From: a virus | Taxonomy: Duplodnaviria; Heunggongvirae; Uroviricota; Caudoviricetes; Thumleimavirales; Hafunaviridae | Length of the DNA: 64,000 bases | Strand: one strand, 5' to 3' | IMG/VR virus record: IMGVR_UViG_2974793440_000001 | Coordinates: 12,822 to 76,821 of that record | Shown here: one piece after another, positions 9,727 through 18,225 of the stretch | Numbering within the stretch: position 1 is the stretch's first letter | How the letters are laid out: every line of letters starts with the position of its first letter | Made by a program: the position numbers and the translations under genes | The notes under the pieces: generated by a model | The model's database searches: none | Seen by the model: the letters and a program-made list of their open reading frames with translations, nothing else | What the model was told of the DNA's origin: nothing

Positions 9727-10380
9727 ATGGCTACGCTTCACGAAGAAATCGAGGAACTGGTTGACTCCCTTCCGTCCTACTACGGGAACGGGGAGGACTC
9801 TGGTAACTGGAAACTGCTCGATGCGGTTGGTCGCCAAGTTGTAGACCTCGATGGTGACGTAGAGGAACTTGACCGAGAGACGACCGTTCAGGATGCTCTC
9901 GACGTAAACTCCCTCGAAGAACTCGCGGGGATGGTTCAGGTTCAGCGGTACTCCGGTGAGAGCCGCGACCACTACCGGGCGCGGGTTATCGCGGAGTACC
10001 AGCTCAACACGAGCGAGGGAACCACCGAAGACGTTTTCAACACGATGGCTACAATCCTCGGGTGCGAAATCGAGGACTTGTGGTTTCAGGACTGGCGATT
10101 CCTCTTTGGGGAAGTTCACGACCGAGTGGTGTGTTTCCTTCTCCCCCGTGACGACGTTCAAAACATCGACCTCTCGGGTGAGGAAATCTCGAAGGTCGCC
10201 CGGAAGCTCGCGCCGGTCGGGACGACGGTGAAGACTCAGTATAACGGCTCGCTCCGCTACAAGACGAAGGAGGACTTCGAGAGCGGGAATTGGAACGGTT
10301 ACGAAAACGGCTACGACGCTCTTGACTCCGAGGGCAACCCGACCGGAACGGGCGGGACAAAAGGAGGACTGATTCAATAA
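9727..10380 (+). CDS. baseplate/tail protein, gpI-like
   Basis: 217 aa, follows the J-like gene. Confidence 0.35.
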   Translation: MATLHEEIEELVDSLPSYYGNGEDSGNWKLLDAVGRQVVDLDGDVEELDRETTVQDALDVNSLEELAGMVQVQRYSGESRDHYRARVIAEYQLNTSEGTTEDVFNTMATILGCEIEDLWFQDWRFLFGEVHDRVVCFLLPRDDVQNIDLSGEEISKVARKLAPVGTTVKTQYNGSLRYKTKEDFESGNWNGYENGYDALDSEGNPTGTGGTKGGLIQ

Positions 10381-11790
10381 ATGGCGTACACTTCTAAACT
10401 AAAGACGTGGGGAGCCGCCGCTAACGAGCGGGCTGAGTTCCCCGATGGGTACAGGTACACGAAGGAAAACCCGCCCGTCACCCACTACGACAACTTCCTC
10501 GTCTACAATCTCATCGAGGACGTTCAGCACCTCATCGACCTCACGAACACCATCGACCCCGACAACGATGGGCAGGTCGCTGACGCCGAGACGATTCAGG
10601 GGAAGTCCCCCGAACAGCTTGGTGGGTTCAAGTTCATTCAGTCGGACAACCCGACCGAGAACACGCAGGGAACGACGTGGTTCAAGAACAGCAACCACCT
10701 TCTGTTCGTTTCTGACGGTTCGAGCTACGACGTGTTCCCCGACGTAGCGTATCAGGAGTACGACTCGATGGCGGATGGGGACTTGACGGTTCTCCACGAG
10801 ACGGTTCCGCGAACGAAGCTCACGAAGGACGGTCGGATTATGCTCATCAACGAGCAGACCGTCGCTGACTTCGAGGAAACATACGAAGCGAACCACGACC
10901 TTTGGGAGTGGACGAACGGAACGTCGTTCCTCTCCGCTCAGTCGGGAACGGTTCTCTCGGGAACGCAGTCGCTTCAGATTCAGGCAGTTGGTGAGCGTGC
11001 GACTCCCCATCTTACTCGGGAAGCCCCGATTATCCAAGACCTCGAAGTGGCTGTTCAGGTGGAGTCTGACACCGCGAACATCAACGACTTCGTTGGTATC
11101 GAGGTCTTCAGCGGGACGACTCGGATTCTCCGTATCCAGTATAACGACGGTGACGGAAACGTTGAGCTGTTTACTGGTAGCGGTACGACCGAGTTGATGG
11201 CGAGCTGGAATGTGGGAACTACCCACGCTTACGAGTTCGATTGGGACTTCGGTAACGACCAGTACGACCTCTACATCGACGGGGTTCTCGATGGAACCTA
11301 CTCGTTGGAGAGTGCGGCTTCTGGATGGGACGAGTTCCGAGTTGACAACAACGCGGCAAATTCCGGTAACACCCGGAACGTCTACGTTGACGATATTCAC
11401 ACGGGCGCTCGGGAGTACGGTGAGGCGGTCGTTAAGTTCCCGACCCCGGACGAGCGGATTCGAGATTGGGACTTGGTTCGGTACACCAAGACCCTCGCCG
11501 GAGAGTCCGTAATCATCGACGTGGAGGACGAAAACGGGAATGTCCTCGTTCCTGACGTGGACAACAACGGCGACCTCAGCGCGGCGGTTGATGGGTCGGT
11601 GAACCCACAGTTCCGCGTTCGGATTAGCCGGGAGGATATGGCTAACAACCCCTCCCTCAATGCGGTGTTCCGCAGGTGGACGATGCGACCCGGAGACGCG
11701 GGACTCTCCCCCGAGGATGAGGAGGAATGGAAAGCTCAGGACATGAGAGCGAGATACCGCCACACGCGGCTCGCTCGGCGGCAGGCATAA
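10381..11790 (+). CDS. tail fibre / receptor-binding protein
   Basis: 469 aa, follows the baseplate genes; beta-rich with a probable lectin-like jelly-roll segment. Confidence 0.4.
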   Translation: MAYTSKLKTWGAAANERAEFPDGYRYTKENPPVTHYDNFLVYNLIEDVQHLIDLTNTIDPDNDGQVADAETIQGKSPEQLGGFKFIQSDNPTENTQGTTWFKNSNHLLFVSDGSSYDVFPDVAYQEYDSMADGDLTVLHETVPRTKLTKDGRIMLINEQTVADFEETYEANHDLWEWTNGTSFLSAQSGTVLSGTQSLQIQAVGERATPHLTREAPIIQDLEVAVQVESDTANINDFVGIEVFSGTTRILRIQYNDGDGNVELFTGSGTTELMASWNVGTTHAYEFDWDFGNDQYDLYIDGVLDGTYSLESAASGWDEFRVDNNAANSGNTRNVYVDDIHTGAREYGEAVVKFPTPDERIRDWDLVRYTKTLAGESVIIDVEDENGNVLVPDVDNNGDLSAAVDGSVNPQFRVRISREDMANNPSLNAVFRRWTMRPGDAGLSPEDEEEWKAQDMRARYRHTRLARRQA

Positions 11791-11804
11791 TTAATTTCTA
11801 ATCT

Positions 11805-12995
11805 ATGGTCAACTACGGAAGTGGACAGCTCGGTGACGTAACGGTTAGTGCGAATACAACGAAGAAGAATCCTATTCTCGAATACACCAACCTCACCGTT
11901 GAGGATGGTGTCACTCTTACTCTACCATCCCGTTCCCGTCTGATGGTCACGGGAACTCTTACAGTCAATGGGGTTATCCGGGTTCAGAATGACATTGCTG
12001 GCTCGGGAGCTGGCGGCGCAAAGTCCGGCGGCAACCTCGAACTTTTCGCAAAGGAAATCACCGGAACTGGCGAAATAGACGTTGATGGAGCCACCGGAGG
12101 GGATGGGAATAGCTTTGGTAATCAGAACAACGGCGGTTCTGGTGCTGGATATAGTATTCCCGCTACTGGAAAAACTGGTAGTGGTGGGAGCGGTGGAGGG
12201 AAAGGCTCCGACGCATATTACGATGGCAATAGCTGGAATGGTAATCGGAATGGTGGTGGGGGTGGAAATGCCCATTCCTCCATCTATAACGACTCCACGC
12301 TGAAGGCATACATCGAGGACTACCTCATCTCCGGCGCTTACATCACTCAGAGTCCCATCGACACCCTACTTCCCGGTTCCGGTGGTGGTGCTGGTGGTGG
12401 TGGTTCTGAGCAACTTCGTAGGTACTCGAACAACAATAACAGCAATTACCGCGACCGCATTGAAGTTGGTGGGGGCGGTGGTGGTGCTGGTGGAAGTTTC
12501 ATTACCAAGGGTGGAGCCGCCGGAAATGGTGATGAACACTACGAAAATGACAATGCCCTTAGTGTCGAACCCAATGGGAACAACAACGGTAGTGCTTCAG
12601 TTAACTACCAAGGCGGTGAAGGAGGCGGCGGTGGCGGTGCTGGTGGCTTCATTCTTCTCGTGTCTGAGTCCGTTTCCCTTGATGTGACCTTCTCTGTTCG
12701 TGGGGGTGACGGTGGTGACGGCTACTGGGGTCGCCGTTCCGGTAATGAATGGGATGGAAACTCGTTCTCCAACTTCAACGAGGAACGCAACGATATGGAT
12801 GGTGGAGGTGGTGGTGGCGGCTCTGGTGGCCTCATCATCGGTTTCACCGACAAGACCCCAACTATCGACCTCAGCGGCGGTAATCCGGGTATTCCCGGCG
12901 GTCAGCGCCGGAATGGTGCGAACAATAACGCGAACGCTGGTAAGGTGGGCGAAGACGGCGCGACCTTCCTTTATGACGTGACGGAGTTGGTCTAA
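11805..12995 (+). CDS. glycine-rich tail-fibre-like protein
   Basis: 396 aa with six or more poly-Gly tracts (GGGGGAGG, GGGGGGGSGG and similar) separated by Asn/Ser-rich segments. Confidence 0.4.
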   Translation: MVNYGSGQLGDVTVSANTTKKNPILEYTNLTVEDGVTLTLPSRSRLMVTGTLTVNGVIRVQNDIAGSGAGGAKSGGNLELFAKEITGTGEIDVDGATGGDGNSFGNQNNGGSGAGYSIPATGKTGSGGSGGGKGSDAYYDGNSWNGNRNGGGGGNAHSSIYNDSTLKAYIEDYLISGAYITQSPIDTLLPGSGGGAGGGGSEQLRRYSNNNNSNYRDRIEVGGGGGGAGGSFITKGGAAGNGDEHYENDNALSVEPNGNNNGSASVNYQGGEGGGGGGAGGFILLVSESVSLDVTFSVRGGDGGDGYWGRRSGNEWDGNSFSNFNEERNDMDGGGGGGGSGGLIIGFTDKTPTIDLSGGNPGIPGGQRRNGANNNANAGKVGEDGATFLYDVTELV

Positions 12996-12996
12996 A

Positions 12997-13374
12997 ATGG
13001 TTCAGGAAATTACTGTTCTGGTTATGCCTCCGGGCTATGATGGCTCGGAAGTTGGCGACTCTCGAATTGACGAGGTGGAGGTTGACCCCGAAATCGAGGA
13101 CGCATATCTCGATGAGCGGATTGTACCCGATGAGGGTTCGAGTGCAGTTGACCGCTCTCTCGTTACTGACGAGCGAAAGCAACTAATCTCGGATTCTATC
13201 TCCGACTACACCGTTGAGACTTCCAAGGACGCTCCCGACCCACAAGTTCAACTCGCCGCTCTCGAAAAGGCGGTGTCCCTGATGTGGGATGTTGTGAGCG
13301 GAGAGGACGTGGGCTACGCACAGACCCTCGAAGACTCCGAAAGCTCCACTACTGACGACTCTACCTCGGCGTAA
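12997..13374 (+). CDS. hypothetical acidic protein
   Basis: 125 aa, start overlaps the preceding stop (TAAAATG). Confidence 0.3.
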   Translation: MVQEITVLVMPPGYDGSEVGDSRIDEVEVDPEIEDAYLDERIVPDEGSSAVDRSLVTDERKQLISDSISDYTVETSKDAPDPQVQLAALEKAVSLMWDVVSGEDVGYAQTLEDSESSTTDDSTSA

Positions 13375-13395
13375 GCCGGGGTTCTTTTTCTTTCT

Positions 13396-13887
13396 ATGTT
13401 CCCGAGATTTCTACTCGATAGTGACGACGATTGGCAAGAGGGTCTACGAGCGTGGCTGTATCCACGACTACACCCACTCCTAACCCCGTTCGGCGGATAC
13501 GGCGTTGGTGAAACAAGACTGAATCAGTACGTCGGTGCGTTCTCCGAAGGGGAGGAAAGCATCGAGTTGGAGTTGGTCGATGCTGGTTTCCGGCGGAATC
13601 CGATTGCGTGTTTCAAGTCGCTTCCCGATGGGCGCGAGAGTGAGGGGTCGTGGGTTCTCATTCCAGAGGACGCCCCCGACTACGTGGCTCCGGGGATGCA
13701 ACTACACGTTACGATGTTCAAGAGAGCGGATGGGCAGAAAGGCCGCGAGATGTACGCCCACTACGAAGACGATTGGCGTTCGGCTCCGTTCGCTCATCTC
13801 CGCGCAAAGAACTTCAGCGCCACCGCTGGCGTTGATATTGCACGAGATTACTTGGACAAGGAGACGTTCCTTGTCCGGCAAGAATAG
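13396..13887 (+). CDS. hypothetical protein
   Basis: 163 aa, last plus-strand gene of the tail module. Confidence 0.35.
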   Translation: MFPRFLLDSDDDWQEGLRAWLYPRLHPLLTPFGGYGVGETRLNQYVGAFSEGEESIELELVDAGFRRNPIACFKSLPDGRESEGSWVLIPEDAPDYVAPGMQLHVTMFKRADGQKGREMYAHYEDDWRSAPFAHLRAKNFSATAGVDIARDYLDKETFLVRQE

Positions 13888-13902
13888 TAGTTAATCAATT
13901 GG

Positions 13903-14739
13903 CTATTCGTCTTGGTCGTTGGGGAGCATCCGCGACCCCGGCTTCGGTTGCCAGCGACGGTCACGGTACGTGGAAACGTGAGAACTTAGTTCGTTCTTTG
14001 TTCGCTCACGTTCGAGCTGTTCACCCTCTGTCATTGCGCGACTGGTCGCATCCGTGAGAATCGTGTCACGTCGGAAGGGAATGACCTGAATGATGGGTTC
14101 TCCTTCGGGGATAACACCCTCGAAGTCACCGCCTGTCCACATGAACGGGGCGTTGACATTGTTGAAGTAGTTATCAATATCGACCACTCCCGAGAATGGG
14201 GTGAATGGCTGGCCCGGACGGTTGAGCGGATTCGTAATGAGAACCGAGTAGCCGTCTGGAACCTTCATACACCATTGATTGTTGAACTTCAGAATCGGCC
14301 ACTCGTGATTTGGGAACGCAGTTCCCCCGACCTGCCCCAAGTGGTGCTTCGAGATTAGCGGATTCGGAAATTCCCATTCGTACTCTACGTACCCATCTTT
14401 TGCGCTGAAGTGGATTTCTCCCGCGAGTGGGATGATGAACCCCATCGTCATTGCCTCCATGAACGGAGCGCAACGCTTGACGGTGGAGCGGCTAATTCCC
14501 TCTCTGGTATTCGTTGAGCCAAACTCGCCGTCGTTGGCGGTGTATTGGCCGAGCTTCTTGTACCAGTCCGGTAGAACCTTGTTTGCCGGTATTGGTTCGG
14601 GAATCGCTCCGTACAGTTCTTCGTCGGTCACGAACTCGATGAGCTGGTCTTCTTCCGGTTCTTCTTCTGCTGGCGTACCGTCCGGCCTCACGTAGTTAGA
14701 GAGGTCACTAACGGCGCTGGTTACACTCGAAAAATCCAT
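13903..14739 (-). CDS. hypothetical protein (278 aa) on the opposite strand, with its own promoter element
   Basis: Minus-strand ORF; canonical promoter/leader element with GGAGG immediately upstream (14744-14800). Confidence 0.4.
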   Translation of the reverse strand: MDFSSVTSAVSDLSNYVRPDGTPAEEEPEEDQLIEFVTDEELYGAIPEPIPANKVLPDWYKKLGQYTANDGEFGSTNTREGISRSTVKRCAPFMEAMTMGFIIPLAGEIHFSAKDGYVEYEWEFPNPLISKHHLGQVGGTAFPNHEWPILKFNNQWCMKVPDGYSVLITNPLNRPGQPFTPFSGVVDIDNYFNNVNAPFMWTGGDFEGVIPEGEPIIQVIPFRRDTILTDATSRAMTEGEQLERERTKNELSSHVSTYRDRRWQPKPGSRMLPNDQDE

Positions 14740-14743
14740 TTCT

Positions 14744-14800
14744 CCTCACTCTATTAGACGTGAAGCAAGGACTTAAAGATACCTCTTTGAGTCTTTAGTC
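14744..14800 (-). promoter_or_regulatory. canonical promoter/leader element driving the 13903..14739 gene (TATA-like CTTTAAG, then CGTCTAATAGAGTGAGGAG, then ATG)
   Basis: CCTCACTCTATTAGACG...GACTTAAAGATACC...GAGTCTTTAG; the GGAGG just before the ATG is Shine-Dalgarno-like. Confidence 0.45.
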
Positions 14801-14809
14801 CCCTACGAT

Positions 14810-14938
14810 ATGATACCTGAACTCGCAAACACCCCACCCCTCGTGGCGTGGGCACTCGGATTCTTCATGGCATTGGCACTCAAACGTGGCCGAATCGCGG
14901 CCATCCTCGACCGGCTACTCCCGACAGAAAACTAACAA
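14810..14938 (+). CDS. small hydrophobic ORF (42 aa, one TM helix) between inverted promoter elements
   Basis: ATG 14810, translation MIPELANTPPLVAWALGFFMALALKRGRIAAILDRLLPTEN, TAA 14936-14938; not in the ORF track (<60 aa). Confidence 0.25.
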
Positions 14939-14953
14939 ACTAAGACTTAATTC

Positions 14954-14993
14954 GGCATCTTTAAGTCCTTAGTAGCCGTCTAATAGAGTGAGG
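14954..14993 (+). promoter_or_regulatory. canonical promoter/leader element, inverted copy, upstream of nrdJ (about 180-nt leader)
   Basis: GGCATCTTTAAGTCCTTAGTAGCCGTCTAATAGAGTGAGG. Confidence 0.45.
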
Positions 14994-15174
14994 AACTTCG
15001 TGACGAACGGAGTGACTTCACTCGAACATCCATACCCCGTATTACCCACTTAGGGTAGTACGGGGTGTTTTTCACTCTAAGTAGTTCGCACAGTAGAGGG
15101 TAGGATAGAGACAAACCCCTCGATGTGTTGAATCACTCTCAGTAGTTCACATACTATACTAATATACTATACAA

Positions 15175-17595
15175 ATGTCCGTAGTCACAACTGAAGCAGA
15201 CGAAACCGAACAGACCATCGAAACCCCAATCAAGACCGTCGAGGATTCTCTCTCCGTAGAAGACCGCCTCACCGACAACGCACTCCACGGTATTCTCCCC
15301 GCTCGCTACTTCCGCAAGGACTCAGAGGGCAACATCATCGAGGATGCTAACGACCTATTCCGACGAGTCGCGGAGAACGTCGCGGGGGCCGAGGTATCCG
15401 ACGAGGACTTCGAGAAGTGGGCCGACGAGTTCCAGTACCAGATGGAAACCCTCCGGTTCACCCCGAACAGCCCGACCCTGATGAACGCGGGAACCGACAT
15501 GAATCAACTGAGTGCGTGCTTCGTGCTGGAACCCCGCGACGATATGGAGGATATTTTCGAGACGGCTCAGCAGGCCGCGCTGACGTTCCAGAGCGGGGGC
15601 GGCGTCGGGTATGCCTTCTCTCACCTCCGACCCAAAGGAGCGTTTATCAATTCGACTGGTGGCGAAGCGAGCGGCCCGGTGAGCTTCATGCGGGTCTTCG
15701 ATGAGACGTGTAATCAGGTGAAGCAGGGCGGCAAGCGCCGTGGCGCTCAGATGGGGATTCTTCGCGCCGACCACCCTGACATTGGGCGATTCATCGTGGC
15801 AAAGAGGAACGAGGGGGAGTTTGCGAACTTCAACATCTCAGTCGCTACGACGGACAACTTCATCGAGGCAGTTGAGGCTCAGGACTCCTACACTCTATTC
15901 GACCCGGAGACGGACTACGAGGAGCCGTACATAGTCCGAGAGGCGTCGGCCCACTTCTACTCCCCGGAGTATCAGGACAACCCGCGTGACGCTTTTGACG
16001 ACGGCGAGGGCGCGGTCGTGGAGGAGAACCTGTGGCGGGACTACGCCGACGAGATTGAGTGCGAGCTGTTCGGGGAGCGCGTGACGCTCCGTGAGAAGTG
16101 GGAGGAACACGAGGGTCTTCGCCTCGAAGTGGGGGAGCCGATGGAGCTTCCCGCCGCGTTCATTTGGGACGTGATGATTGACGGGGCGTGGCGGAACGGT
16201 GAGCCGGGCCTGTTCAACTTCGAGGAGTCGAACCGCCAGCACTCCTTCGACGTGGACGAGTACCCCGAGTTCCGAATGAACGCGACTAACCCCTGCGCCG
16301 AGCAGATGCTCGTGGAGTACGAGGCGTGCAACCTCGGTCACATCAACCTGAGCTTGATGCTGAACGAGGACGCCCCGACCTACGACGAGTTCCTGAGCGA
16401 CAAGCTGGATTCAATCGCTACGGGCGACCTTTCCACCCGCGAAGCCGTGGAGTGGTACTTCGAGGAGGTCACGAACTTTGAAGACCTGAATCGAACCATC
16501 GAGGCGGGTGTCCGATTCCTCGATAACGTGGTCACGCAGTCGGACTTCCCCATCCCCGAGATTACCGAGCGCGTCAACGGGATGCGGAAAATCGGACTTG
16601 GCATTATGGGCTTCGCTCAGATGCTTTTCCAGATGGGGATTCCTTACGGGACGCAGGACTCCTACGAGGTCGCGCGGTGCGTGATGCGGTACATCGACCG
16701 GAAGGGAACGTGGTCGTCGCACAATCTCGCTAAGGAGCGCGGCGTGTTCTCCTACTGGGACAAGTCGAAGTACGCCAACCCGACCGAGTACCCCGAGTGG
16801 TTCGCGGCCCGCACCGGGCTTGACCCGAACGACCACGCTGGCGGGTTCTTCATCCGCAACCACAACATTACGACAATCGCCCCGACCGGCACGACCTCGA
16901 TGCTGGCGAACACGACGGGCGGGTGCGAGCCTGCCTACAACGTGGCGAACTTCAAGAACGTCTCCGAGGACATTCAGGGCGACGACCTGCTCGTGGAGTT
17001 TGACGACTACTTCCTTCGGACGCTCGAAGCGAACGGCCTCGATGTGGAGAGCATCAAGGAGGAAGCCGAGCGGCTGATGCGGAACAACGAGTTTGAGGGG
17101 GTCAACGACCTCTCCATCCCCGAGGAAATCGCTGAAATCTTCGTGACCACGCAGGACTTGTCCTCCGAACAGCACGGCCTGATGCAGAGAGCGTTTCAGG
17201 AGTTCTGCGACTCGGGTATCAGCAAGACGGTCAACCTCCCGAACAGCGCGACCCACGACGACGTGAGCGAAGCCTACCAGCTCGCGCTCGATGCGAACCG
17301 GCGCGGCGCGGTTATCAAGGGCCTCACCGTGTACCGGGACGGCTCTCGGGACGTTCAGGTTCTCACGACGCGCGTGGACAACAATCTGGACGACGACGGC
17401 GACCGCGACGACGACCTGCTCGAACTATACCTCAAGGGAGAGGTCAGCGAGAAGGCGGCGGTTCAGCTCGGTATCGTTGGCGAGGACGACGTGGGTTCGG
17501 ACACGCTCACCTGCCCGGAGTGCGGAGACGGTGAGCTTGAGAAAACAGACGACTGTGCGGTGTGCCCGGAGTGCTGGTACAGTCCGTGTAAGTAG
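15175..17595 (+). CDS. nrdJ: ribonucleotide reductase, class II (adenosylcobalamin-dependent)
   Basis: 806 aa; 'NPCAEQ' active-site motif, catalytic-Cys context and a C-terminal CxxC...CxxC zinc ribbon typical of NrdJ; no intein apparent. Confidence 0.9.
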   Translation: MSVVTTEADETEQTIETPIKTVEDSLSVEDRLTDNALHGILPARYFRKDSEGNIIEDANDLFRRVAENVAGAEVSDEDFEKWADEFQYQMETLRFTPNSPTLMNAGTDMNQLSACFVLEPRDDMEDIFETAQQAALTFQSGGGVGYAFSHLRPKGAFINSTGGEASGPVSFMRVFDETCNQVKQGGKRRGAQMGILRADHPDIGRFIVAKRNEGEFANFNISVATTDNFIEAVEAQDSYTLFDPETDYEEPYIVREASAHFYSPEYQDNPRDAFDDGEGAVVEENLWRDYADEIECELFGERVTLREKWEEHEGLRLEVGEPMELPAAFIWDVMIDGAWRNGEPGLFNFEESNRQHSFDVDEYPEFRMNATNPCAEQMLVEYEACNLGHINLSLMLNEDAPTYDEFLSDKLDSIATGDLSTREAVEWYFEEVTNFEDLNRTIEAGVRFLDNVVTQSDFPIPEITERVNGMRKIGLGIMGFAQMLFQMGIPYGTQDSYEVARCVMRYIDRKGTWSSHNLAKERGVFSYWDKSKYANPTEYPEWFAARTGLDPNDHAGGFFIRNHNITTIAPTGTTSMLANTTGGCEPAYNVANFKNVSEDIQGDDLLVEFDDYFLRTLEANGLDVESIKEEAERLMRNNEFEGVNDLSIPEEIAEIFVTTQDLSSEQHGLMQRAFQEFCDSGISKTVNLPNSATHDDVSEAYQLALDANRRGAVIKGLTVYRDGSRDVQVLTTRVDNNLDDDGDRDDDLLELYLKGEVSEKAAVQLGIVGEDDVGSDTLTCPECGDGELEKTDDCAVCPECWYSPCK

Positions 17596-17603
17596 AACTG
17601 GTC

Positions 17604-17954
17604 TTAGTTATCTCCGAACTCAAAGCGGTCGCCTTCATCCTCGGGGTTCATATCGAGAACGACGAAGGTGGCAACATCCATTTCGTCTGTTCTCCCACTC
17701 GTCGCTTCGACGTACAATCCATTCCCAATCGTTCCGGTATCGAATCCTTCTGAGGGAGCTGGCGATGGGTTGGCGTCTATGTCGTATCGGACGGTAAACG
17801 GATAGAGCGTCTGTCCATAGTCGTTTTCTTCTTCTTCAGAGTAGTCTAAGAACTCGATAGTAACGTCTTCTTCATCTAATTCTTCTCTCGCAACGAGAAA
17901 TGCTTGCTCACAGATGCTCTCACATTCTTCCGGCGAGGGCTTGAGCGGTTCCAT
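17604..17954 (-). CDS. hypothetical acidic protein
   Basis: 116 aa, convergent with the RNR gene. Confidence 0.35.
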   Translation of the reverse strand: MEPLKPSPEECESICEQAFLVAREELDEEDVTIEFLDYSEEEENDYGQTLYPFTVRYDIDANPSPAPSEGFDTGTIGNGLYVEATSGRTDEMDVATFVVLDMNPEDEGDRFEFGDN

Positions 17955-17992
17955 TACCGGAGTCTAAGTGTATCTCCGAATATAGTTCTTGG

Positions 17993-18045
17993 GTTTAAAT
18001 AGGCAATCCCCCCATCGGGCTTCGGCCCGGTGGGGGATTTTTGTG
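17993..18045 (+). promoter_or_regulatory. TATA-like TTTAAATA followed by a GC-rich 13-bp hairpin and a T tract
   Basis: ATCCCCCCATCGGGC-TTCG-GCCCGGTGGGGGAT then TTTTTG; lies upstream of tbp. Confidence 0.3.
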
Positions 18046-18225
18046 TAGTGGTGTGGAGAAACCCCCTCGATGCGTCTGTTCACGAGAAGAAAAGAACTCA
18101 GAAAACAGAGAGGTTCATCGTGCGGCGGGAACTGCGGCTCTCGAACGGTAGTCTTCTAAGGCTGTGTGAACACCGTTCAAGCAGTATGGTGGCTCGTCTC
18201 TCTAAGGACAACACGGAGGCATCCT

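Noticed and set aside
15175-17595. Intein in the RNR or in the family-B polymerase (29981-32572)
   Set aside because: Both proteins are of normal length with uninterrupted catalytic motifs (NPCAE; DIETD/YGDTDS). No intein block A/B-type insertions are seen.
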